A stretch of DNA of 64,000 nt, taken from contig JACPUR010000035.1 in NCBI GenBank assembly GCA_016192135.1, positions 95,056 through 159,055 of the forward strand. The letters are read 5' to 3'. Below are positions 56,640 to 64,000 of the stretch, piece by piece; positions within the stretch are counted from its first letter, which is position 1; the number at the start of each line of letters is the position of its first letter. Below the pieces are notes generated by a model. That model saw only the letters and a list, made by a program, of their open reading frames with translations, was not told where the DNA came from and ran no database searches. This DNA is from Candidatus Tectimicrobiota bacterium. GTDB taxonomy: Bacteria; UBA8248. Position numbers and translations under genes: made by a program.

Positions 56640-57788
56640 TTGAACACGACTCCACCGGGCAAGCGAACCGAGCCCGCCCTGGCCAGCCGCCGGGTGGTGA
56701 TCAAGGTCGGGAGCTCCGTCCTCACGGCCCCGGACGAGGAGGGCGTGAACCGCCGCGTGCTCGGGCGCATCGCCTCCCAGGTGGCCGCGCTCCGCCGCGC
56801 CGGGCGGGAAGTGGTGCTGGTTTCCTCCGGCGCCATCGCGGCCGGCTCGAAGCGCCTGGGCATCCAGGGCGCCCCCAAGGGGATGCCCCAGCGCCAGGCG
56901 GCCGCCGCGGTCGGCCAGCCCATCCTGATGGAGGCCTACGGGCGGGCCTTCCGGCGCCTGGGGCTCGAGACGGCCCAGCTCCTCCTCACCCACGCCGACC
57001 TCGACGCGCGGTCCCGCTTCCTGAACGCCTGCAACACCTTCGAGGCGCTCCTGGCCCGGGGGGTGCTCCCCATCGTGAACGAGAACGACACGGTCTCGGT
57101 CGAGGAGATCCGCTTCGGGGACAACGACACCCTCGCCGCTCTCGTCGCCCAGATGATGCGGGCGGGGCTGGTGGTCATCCTCTCGGACGTCGAGGGCCTC
57201 TACGACGCCGACCCCCGGCGCGATCCCTCGGCCCGGCTCATCCGCCGGGTGGAGGGGCTGCCCCCCGAGGTGGCCGAGAAGGCGGGCGTCAGCGCCAACC
57301 CCCTGGCCCACGGGGGGATGCTCACCAAGGTCCGGGCCGTGAAGGTGCTGAACCGGATGGGCATCGCCACCCTCATCGTGCGGGGGAGGGCTCCCAACAT
57401 CCTCCTCCGCGCCCTCGAGCGGGGGGAGGAGGGCACCCTCTTCGTCCCGAACGGCGCCCCGCTGAAGGCCCGGAAGGGCTGGATCGGGACGGCCGTCATC
57501 CCGCGCGGGTGGATCGGGCTGGACGCCGGGGCGGTCAAGGCCATCGCCGAGGGGGGCCGGAGCCTCCTGCCCAAGGGCATCGCCGGCGTGGGGGGGGACT
57601 TCCGGTTCGGCGACGTGGTCGAGCTGCGCGATCCCAAGGGGAGGGCCGTGGCCCGGGGGCTGTCCAACTATGGCGCCGAGGAGGTGGCCCGCATCGCGGG
57701 CAGGCACACGGGCGAGATCGCGGAGATCCTCGGCGGCAAGCACTACGACGAGGTGATCCACCGCAACAATCTGGTACTCTTGGACTGA
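56640..57788 (+). CDS. proB: glutamate 5-kinase with PUA domain
   Basis: TTG start. (VIKVGSSVLT) AAK N-terminus. C-terminal PUA. Confidence 0.85.
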   Translation: MNTTPPGKRTEPALASRRVVIKVGSSVLTAPDEEGVNRRVLGRIASQVAALRRAGREVVLVSSGAIAAGSKRLGIQGAPKGMPQRQAAAAVGQPILMEAYGRAFRRLGLETAQLLLTHADLDARSRFLNACNTFEALLARGVLPIVNENDTVSVEEIRFGDNDTLAALVAQMMRAGLVVILSDVEGLYDADPRRDPSARLIRRVEGLPPEVAEKAGVSANPLAHGGMLTKVRAVKVLNRMGIATLIVRGRAPNILLRALERGEEGTLFVPNGAPLKARKGWIGTAVIPRGWIGLDAGAVKAIAEGGRSLLPKGIAGVGGDFRFGDVVELRDPKGRAVARGLSNYGAEEVARIAGRHTGEIAEILGGKHYDEVIHRNNLVLLD

Positions 57789-57815
57789 GGGCGGCCCGCC
57801 GCCAGCGGAGGGCAA

Positions 57816-58493
57816 TTGCGGATCGGCATCCAGGGAGGCACCTTCAATCCCATCCACTGCGGCCATCTCCGGTCGGCGGAGGAGGTCCGCGAAGCCCTCG
57901 GCCTGGATCAAATCCGCTTCATCCCTTCCGCCCAGCCGCCCCACAAGGCCGGCGAGGAGATGGCCCCCGCCCGGGACCGGCTGGAGATGGTGCGCCTGGC
58001 GGTCGAGGGGCACCCCGGCTTCGTCTGCGACCCCCTGGAGGCGGAGCGGGGAGGCCCCTCCTACACCGTGGACACGCTCGAGGCCCTGGCCGAGGGGCCC
58101 TGCCGGGGCCACGAGACGGTCTTCATCATCGGGGCCGACGCCTTCCGCGAGGTCCACACCTGGAGCCGCCCCTCCCGGTTCCTGCGGATGACCCATCTGG
58201 CCGTGACCCTCCGGGGGGAGCAGCGGGCGGAGGAGGTGCTCCGGGCGGTGGAGCGGGAGATGCGGCCGCTGGACCCGGACCTGAGCTTCGAGTTCATTGG
58301 AGATAACCAGGCAAAAGTATCTGATTCTAGGCATGTTATCCACTTCGTTCAGATTTCCAACCTGGACATCTCCGCGACCCAGATCCGGCGCCTAATTCGA
58401 TCCGGAAGGTCCGTGCGGTATTTATTGCCTCGGGAAGTGGAACTTTTTATAATTCGCCGCCAGCTGTACGGGGGGATACTTGACGCCCGGTGA
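57816..58493 (+). CDS. nadD: nicotinate-nucleotide adenylyltransferase
   Basis: TTG start. (GGTFNPIHCGHL) HxGH motif. (ISATQIR). Confidence 0.8.
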   Translation: MRIGIQGGTFNPIHCGHLRSAEEVREALGLDQIRFIPSAQPPHKAGEEMAPARDRLEMVRLAVEGHPGFVCDPLEAERGGPSYTVDTLEALAEGPCRGHETVFIIGADAFREVHTWSRPSRFLRMTHLAVTLRGEQRAEEVLRAVEREMRPLDPDLSFEFIGDNQAKVSDSRHVIHFVQISNLDISATQIRRLIRSGRSVRYLLPREVELFIIRRQLYGGILDAR

Positions 58494-58869
58494 TGCCGAA
58501 AGAGGGGTTGCCCCCATCGATTCCTTGACCCACCGCCTCCGGCGGATGTCCGAATCCGCCGAGTCCAAGTTGGCCCGTGACGTGGTTGCCATCGACCTGC
58601 GAGCCCAGGCGGCCGAGGTGGACGCGTTTCTCATCTGCCACGGGACCAACCCCCGGCACGTGAAGGCGATCGCCGAGGCGGTGGAAGATAGGCTGAGAGA
58701 GATGGGGGAGTCGTTTTTCATCGAGGGCATGAACGAGGCCAGCTGGGTCCTCATCGACTGCGGCGACGTGGCCATCCACATCTTCCAGGAGAAAACGCGG
58801 CGGTTCTACCGGCTCGAGGAACTCTGGTCCCACGCGCCGCTCCTGGAGATGGCCGCGTCCGGCGGATGA
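58480..58869 (+). CDS. rsfS: ribosome silencing factor RsfS (Iojap)
   Basis: (DFLICHGTNPRHVKAIAEAV ... WVLIDCGDVAIHIF). Start uncertain (TTG 58480 or ATG 58546). Confidence 0.7.
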   Translation: MTPGDAERGVAPIDSLTHRLRRMSESAESKLARDVVAIDLRAQAAEVDAFLICHGTNPRHVKAIAEAVEDRLREMGESFFIEGMNEASWVLIDCGDVAIHIFQEKTRRFYRLEELWSHAPLLEMAASGG

Positions 58870-58894
58870 AGCCCTGCCGAAACGGGAGGCACAT

Positions 58895-59263
58895 GTGAAG
58901 CACCTGACGAAAGAGCAGATCGAGATTCTCAAGCGGAGGCTCCTGGAGGTCCGCCGCGAGATTCTGGGGGATGTCGAGAAGAGCAAGCGCCACAGCAAGG
59001 AGACCGGCGACGACGGGACGCAGGACATCGCCGACATGGCCGCCGACACCTACTCCCGCCAAGTGCTGATGGACCTCGGCGAGCGCGAGCGCGAGCGCCT
59101 GCGCGAGGTGGACGCCGCCTTCAAGCGGATCGATGACGGGAGCTACGGCCTCTGCGAGGAGACGGACGAGCCCATCCCCTTCTCGCGGCTGGAGGCCATC
59201 CCGTACACGCGCTACACGGTCACGGCCCAGAACGAGATCGAGCGCCGGAGCAAGGGGGCATGA
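58895..59263 (+). CDS. DksA/TraR-family protein lacking the C4 zinc-finger cysteines
   Basis: GTG after GGGAGG. Coiled-coil plus (DGSYGLCEETDEPIPFSRLEAIPYTRYTVTAQ). Canonical CxxC...CxxC is replaced by one Cys and T/A. Confidence 0.55.
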   Translation: MKHLTKEQIEILKRRLLEVRREILGDVEKSKRHSKETGDDGTQDIADMAADTYSRQVLMDLGERERERLREVDAAFKRIDDGSYGLCEETDEPIPFSRLEAIPYTRYTVTAQNEIERRSKGA

Positions 59264-59282
59264 GCCCCGGCCGGGGGAGCCC

Positions 59283-60578
59283 ATGAAGCTGCGCCAGTTC
59301 GTCGCCCTCGCGATCCCCCTCCTGCTGGCGCTCTACCTCCTCCACTACAACCGCGAGTTCGCCGTCCTCCGCTTCTCCGACCAATTCTCCGTCCGGCTCC
59401 CCCTGGCGATGCTGCTCCTCGGCTCCGCCCTCATCGGGGCGCTCGTCGCCGCCGTGCTCGGATGGGGCGCTGCGGCCGTCAAGGCGGTCTCGGCGTGGCG
59501 GGAGCGCCGCGAGACCCGGCGGAAGGAGCGCGCCCGGGAAGCCCTCGCGCGGGCCCAGGCCCACCGGAGCCGGGGCAGGCGCCGGCGGGCGCTGCGGCTG
59601 GCCCGCAGGGCCATCCGCCTGGACCCGCGCCTTCCCTCGGCGCTCGCCCTGGCCGCGGACCTGGCCGCCGAGTCCGGGAACCTGGACGAGGCCATCCGCT
59701 GGAACTCCCGGCTGCAGGCCCTGTGGCCGGACTCGCCGGACGCCGCCCTCCGGCTCTCGGAGAACCTGGAGGCCCTGGGCCGGAAGGCGGAGGCGGAGCG
59801 GATGCTGACCCGCTCGGAGGGGAACGGGAAGGGCCATCCGGCCGTCGTCCGCAGGCTGCGCGACCTCCTCGCCGAGTCGGGCCGGTGGGAGGAGGCGGTT
59901 CAGGCCGCGGAGAGGCTCTACCGCATGGAGGGGAAGGCCAGCGAGGAGGACGCCCGGCGGACCGCGGAAATCTACCTCGCCGCGGCGGAGGGCAGGCTCG
60001 CCCGGCCGGACGCCTGGGGGGCCGTCTCCCTGCTGGAGGAGGCGGTCCGGCGGTGCCCGGCCTCGCGCGAGCCGCGCCTGCGCCTCGGGGACGCCTACCT
60101 GGCGGCGGGCAAGCCCAAGCGGGCGGTCCGGGCCTGGGAGGCGGGTTACCGGGAGGTGAAGGGTGTCGAGTTCCTCCGCCGGATCGTGGGGGCCCACGCC
60201 CCGCTGGATTCGGAGAGCGCCCTGCGCCAGGCCGCCTCCCATCTCGTTTCCATGGCCGATTCCCGGTGCGGCGACCCGGCCCCCTGGATGATGGCCTCCG
60301 CCCTTCTGATGGAGGCGGGCCGGACGGGCGAGGCCGTCCGCTGGCTCGAGGAGGCGGCCGCCTGCATCCCCGCCGCGGCGGGGGGGGAGACCGGCTGGCT
60401 GGGCCTGGCGGTCCGGCTGATGGAGGCGCGCGCCAAGCTCGAGGCGGGCGACCGGCTGGCCGCCGAGAACGACTTCCGGCGGGTGGCCCAGGAGGCGGGA
60501 TGGTTCCTGCTGGGCGAGACGCCCTCGGGTGCCATCGTCAAGCGGTTCGAGGCCGTCGCCCCGAGGGGCTTCGCGTGA
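59283..60578 (+). CDS. membrane-anchored TPR-like protein (LapB/HemY-N-like architecture)
   Basis: Two N-terminal TM helices. Helical TPR-like repeats. The upstream ORF-track extension is rejected. Confidence 0.5.
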   Translation: MKLRQFVALAIPLLLALYLLHYNREFAVLRFSDQFSVRLPLAMLLLGSALIGALVAAVLGWGAAAVKAVSAWRERRETRRKERAREALARAQAHRSRGRRRRALRLARRAIRLDPRLPSALALAADLAAESGNLDEAIRWNSRLQALWPDSPDAALRLSENLEALGRKAEAERMLTRSEGNGKGHPAVVRRLRDLLAESGRWEEAVQAAERLYRMEGKASEEDARRTAEIYLAAAEGRLARPDAWGAVSLLEEAVRRCPASREPRLRLGDAYLAAGKPKRAVRAWEAGYREVKGVEFLRRIVGAHAPLDSESALRQAASHLVSMADSRCGDPAPWMMASALLMEAGRTGEAVRWLEEAAACIPAAAGGETGWLGLAVRLMEARAKLEAGDRLAAENDFRRVAQEAGWFLLGETPSGAIVKRFEAVAPRGFA

Positions 60579-61084
60579 GAGGCGCCCAGGGGGTCTTGGG
60601 CCGGAGGGAGGCCGGGTCCGTCCTCGTGGGCGCGCTCCTGCTGGCAGCCCTTCTGGTGGGCGGCATGGGCGGGGACGCCCTCTCGGCCCGGCCGGAATGC
60701 CCCCGCGGCACGACCGCCGTCGAGGACGTGGCCACGGGCGCCGTGAGGTGCGAGCGGGAGGACTCCCTCGACACCCGTGAGGCGGGCCCTGCGCCGCTTC
60801 CTCCGGCCGAGCCGCCGCCGGCGCCCGCCGCGCCGGAGTCCCCGGGGGCTCCCGCCGCGCCGGGCGCGCCTCAGGCCCCGCGCCGGATTCCGGGCGCTCA
60901 GGCCGACTGCGGGCTCGCCCGGTGGGGCTGCGAGGAGGCGTGCGGCCGCAAGCATCTCGCGGAGTCGCAGGCGCCGGGCTCCGCCGCGGCCCAGCGCGCC
61001 GCGGTGGCCTACGGCGCCTGCCTGAGGGTGTGCGGCCAGGAGTTCCAGTGCGAGCCTCGCCTGCCGGAGACGCCCATCCGGTAG
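60575..61084 (+). CDS. hypothetical secreted Cys-rich, Pro/Ala-rich protein
   Basis: GTG overlapping the upstream stop (GTGA). Signal-like (LVGALLLAALLVGG). 8 Cys in the C-terminal 60 aa. Confidence 0.3.
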   Translation: MRGAQGVLGRREAGSVLVGALLLAALLVGGMGGDALSARPECPRGTTAVEDVATGAVRCEREDSLDTREAGPAPLPPAEPPPAPAAPESPGAPAAPGAPQAPRRIPGAQADCGLARWGCEEACGRKHLAESQAPGSAAAQRAAVAYGACLRVCGQEFQCEPRLPETPIR

Positions 61085-61193
61085 GCCAAGCGCGCGCTGT
61101 GCTTGACTTTGCGGGGCGTCCCGAATAGGGTATCCGCCACACGCTGCCCATCCTCCGGCGCGGGACGATCCGCCCCCCGCGGGAGCCCTCGAG

Positions 61194-61652
61194 ATGAAGC
61201 CCATCGCCCTCGCGTCGGACCATGCCGGCTTCCAGGCCAAGGAAGCCGTGAAGGCGGTCCTGCGCGAGCTGGGCATCCCCTTCCGCGACTACGGCACGCA
61301 CAGCGAGGACTCTTGCGACTATCCCGACTTCGCCGCCCAGGCGGCCCGGGCGGTGAGCGAGGGGGAGTCGGAGCGGGCCATCCTCGCCTGCGGGTCCGGC
61401 ACCGGGATGGCCATGGTCGCCAACAAGTTCCCCGGCGTGCGGGCCGCGGCCTGCCACGACGAGTGGTGCGCCCGGATGAGCCGCATGCACAACGACGCGA
61501 ACGTGCTGGCCCTGGGGGGCCGCGTCCTCGGCGCGGAGGCGGTCCAGCAGATGGTCCGTCTCTGGCTGGACACGCCCTTCGAGGGCGGGCGCCATTCGCG
61601 CCGCGTCGCGAAGATCGCCGACTTGGAGCGCTGTCACGAAGCCAAGCCCTGA
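61194..61652 (+). CDS. rpiB: ribose-5-phosphate isomerase B (RpiB/LacAB family)
   Basis: (IALASDHAGF ... ILACGSGTGMAMVANK) motifs. Confidence 0.8.
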   Translation: MKPIALASDHAGFQAKEAVKAVLRELGIPFRDYGTHSEDSCDYPDFAAQAARAVSEGESERAILACGSGTGMAMVANKFPGVRAAACHDEWCARMSRMHNDANVLALGGRVLGAEAVQQMVRLWLDTPFEGGRHSRRVAKIADLERCHEAKP

Positions 61653-61676
61653 ACCGACCGCCCCGGACGGTTCCGC

Positions 61677-62144
61677 ATGAAATGCCCGATCTGCTCGCAT
61701 CCGGATAGCCGGGTCGTCGACAGCAGGATGACGAAGGAAGGCAACGCCATCCGCCGCAGGAGAGAGTGCGAGTCCTGCGGCCACCGCTTCACCACCTACG
61801 AGCGCCCCGAAGTCTCGTTTCCCCTGATCATCAAAAAGGATGGCAGCCGCGTCCCCTACGAGCGCGAGAAGATCCGCGCCGGGATCGCGAAGGCCCTGGA
61901 GAAGCGCCCGGTCCCGGCCGAGGAGCAGGAGGCCATCGTGGACCGGGTGGAGCGCTTCATCCTGGACGCCGGCGAGAAGGAGGTCACGACCTCCGCCATC
62001 GGGGAGAAGGTGATGGAGGAGCTGCGCGAGACCGATCAGGTCGCCTACGTGCGCTTCGCCTCGGTCTACCGCTCCTTCGGCGCCGTGCGGGACTTCGAGG
62101 AAGAGCTCCAGCGCCTCACGGGCAAGAAAGAGCGCCAGGCCTGA
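61677..62144 (+). CDS. nrdR: transcriptional repressor NrdR
   Basis: ([17 protein letters not shown]...[12 protein letters not shown]) zinc ribbon plus ATP-cone. Confidence 0.85.
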   Translation: MKCPICSHPDSRVVDSRMTKEGNAIRRRRECESCGHRFTTYERPEVSFPLIIKKDGSRVPYEREKIRAGIAKALEKRPVPAEEQEAIVDRVERFILDAGEKEVTTSAIGEKVMEELRETDQVAYVRFASVYRSFGAVRDFEEELQRLTGKKERQA

Positions 62145-62174
62145 GCTTCATCCCCCCCTTTCCCGGGGGGAGCC

Positions 62175-63386
62175 TCATTCGCTGAGCGTCTCGCCCTCGG
62201 GCTCGCGGCCTTCGTGGGACGCGCCCGAGGCGAAGAGGCGCCCGATCTCCTCCGGCGAGAAGCCGGCCTCCTCCAGCACCTCCCTCGAATGCTGGCCCAG
62301 CCCGGGCGCGGGCCGGAGCCGCCTGGGCCCGGCGCCCGGGAACCGGGCGGGGAGCCTGAGCGCGGGGTGGGTCCCGCCGGCCGGGTGAGGGGGCTCGATC
62401 ACCAGGTCGCGGGCTTGCACCTGGGGGTGGCTGAAAACCTCCTCCACCTCCAGCACCGGGCTGACGCACACCTCCTCGCCCTCGAAGAGGGCGAGCCACT
62501 CCTCCAGGGCCCGCTTCCGGAAGGTGTCCTCCAGGGCGGCGATCACCCCCCGCCGGCGCTCCCCCCTCGCCGAGAGATCCCCCTCGAACTCCTCCCGGCC
62601 GATGAGGCGGCAGAGGTTCTTCCAGAACTTGGGCTCCGAGCAGGCGAGGGCGAGCCAGCGGCCGTCCGCCGTGGGGTAGAGGCGGTAGCCGGGGCGGCGG
62701 CCGTTGTGGCGCGTGGTCTCTCTCCCTCCCGGGGTGCCGCACGAGAGGAAGTACTGGGCGTGGTGGGCCAGGAAGCCCACCGCCGTGTCCAGCATGGCCA
62801 CGTCGATGAACTGCCCCCGCCCGGTCCGCTCCGCCTGGCGCAGGGCCGCCACGACGGAGAAGGCGGCCCACATCCCCGAGCCGAGGTCGGCGAAGGGGGT
62901 GCCCGGGATGTAGGGCGGCCCCCCCGCGGGGCCGGTGAGCCCGACCGTCCCTCCCATCGCCTCGAAGTTCAGGTCGTGCCCGGGCGCCTGGGCGAGGGGG
63001 CCGTCCTGGCCGTAGCCGGTGATGGCGCAATAGACGAGCCGGGGGTTCTCCCGGGAGAGCCGGGCGTAGCCCACCCCCAGGCGGTCGAGGACTCCGGGCC
63101 GGAAGCTCTCGACGAGGACATGGGCTCCCTTCACCAGGCGGAAGAGGGCGTCCACCCCCTCCGGGCGCTTGAGGTCGAGGGCCAGGCTGCGCTTGTTGAG
63201 GTTGCAGTAGAGGTGGAAGGCGGAGGCGCCCCGGACGTCCAGGGGGGCCGCCATGCGCCCGTAGTCGCCCCGGACGGGGTCCTCCACCTTCACGACGTCG
63301 GCCCCGAGGTGGGCGAGCATGAGGGTGCATTGCCCGCCGGGAAGGAGCCGGGTCAGGTCGAGCACCCGCACGCCGGAGAGCGGCAT
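62175..63386 (-). CDS. CaiB/BaiF family (type III) CoA-transferase
   Basis: ATG 63386 after GGAGGA. (VRVLDLTRLLPGGQCTLMLAHLGADV) N-terminus and conserved Asp region. Confidence 0.8.
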   Translation of the reverse strand: MPLSGVRVLDLTRLLPGGQCTLMLAHLGADVVKVEDPVRGDYGRMAAPLDVRGASAFHLYCNLNKRSLALDLKRPEGVDALFRLVKGAHVLVESFRPGVLDRLGVGYARLSRENPRLVYCAITGYGQDGPLAQAPGHDLNFEAMGGTVGLTGPAGGPPYIPGTPFADLGSGMWAAFSVVAALRQAERTGRGQFIDVAMLDTAVGFLAHHAQYFLSCGTPGGRETTRHNGRRPGYRLYPTADGRWLALACSEPKFWKNLCRLIGREEFEGDLSARGERRRGVIAALEDTFRKRALEEWLALFEGEEVCVSPVLEVEEVFSHPQVQARDLVIEPPHPAGGTHPALRLPARFPGAGPRRLRPAPGLGQHSREVLEEAGFSPEEIGRLFASGASHEGREPEGETLSE

Positions 63387-63528
63387 CGGGAGTCCTCCGA
63401 AATAAGATGCGGTACGGGCGCGAACGGCCCCAGCCGTAGCATCCGGGCGGGGAAAGATCAATCTTTAGGGCGGCAGAGGCCGCGCCCGTGTGCGGGAGCC
63501 CCTTCGCCTCCCGCCTCCGCTGGGACCT

Positions 63529-63643
63529 TCCCCTCACCCCGGCCCTCTCCCAGAGGGAGAGGGAGGAATGACCATTTCATACGCCGACAGCTTTGGCGGC
63601 CCCGGCGCCCCTCTCCCCTTGGGAGAGGGGAGGGGGTGAGGGA
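63529..63643. repeat. REP/MITE family 1 composite
   Basis: CCCCTCACCCCGGCCCTCTCCCAGAGGGAGAGGGAGG ... CCCCTCTCCCCTTGGGAGAGGGGAGGGGGTGAGGG. Confidence 0.5.
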
Positions 63644-63653
63644 ATGATGATGA

Positions 63654-64000
<347 letters not shown>

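Overview
High-GC (~70%) bacterial chromosomal window, probably from a Gram-negative organism (lipobox lipoproteins, periplasmic ABC binding proteins). It is densely coding on both strands, with frequent ATGA/GTGA start-stop overlaps and GTG/TTG starts. Recognisable content: (i) a partial respiratory module (multiheme cytochrome c fragment, a 9-heme cytochrome c, and a di-heme cytochrome b membrane subunit) plus a cytochrome c'-like lipoprotein; (ii) an Fe(III)-type ABC importer; (iii) a HicB-HicA toxin-antitoxin pair; (iv) a cyclase / M42 peptidase / MqnD (futalosine menaquinone pathway) operon; (v) a thioredoxin-fold redoxin gene interrupted by an in-frame TGA exactly at the first Cys position of a UxxC motif (candidate selenoprotein); (vi) glycosyltransferase, GNAT, two MFS transporters, methyltransferase, three small cupins, a CrtI-like oxidoreductase plus cyclase operon; (vii) leucyl aminopeptidase; (viii) an E1alpha-E1beta-E2 2-oxoacid dehydrogenase operon ending in a CitE-like acyl-CoA lyase; (ix) a beta-oxidation-like operon (acyl-CoA DH, 3-hydroxyacyl-CoA DH, Zn-ADH); (x) leuA; (xi) a complete Liv-type branched-chain amino acid ABC importer; (xii) two MmgE/PrpD-family paralogs, a PrpB/PEP-mutase-family lyase, a CaiB-family CoA-transferase and a HIBADH-like dehydrogenase; (xiii) a REP-associated tyrosine transposase (RAYT) carrying an in-frame REP doublet inside its own ORF; (xiv) a conserved housekeeping run rplU-rpmA-obg-proB-nadD-rsfS, then a DksA-like gene, rpiB, nrdR and the start of eno. 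No tRNA, rRNA or CRISPR array was found. Two families of GC-rich palindromic intergenic repeats (REP/MITE-like) recur throughout. An ~900-nt non-coding stretch (45124-46017) is packed with hairpins, homopolymer C/G runs and G-quadruplex-type tracts. All calls rest on reading the six-frame translations for family motifs. No database search was possible.
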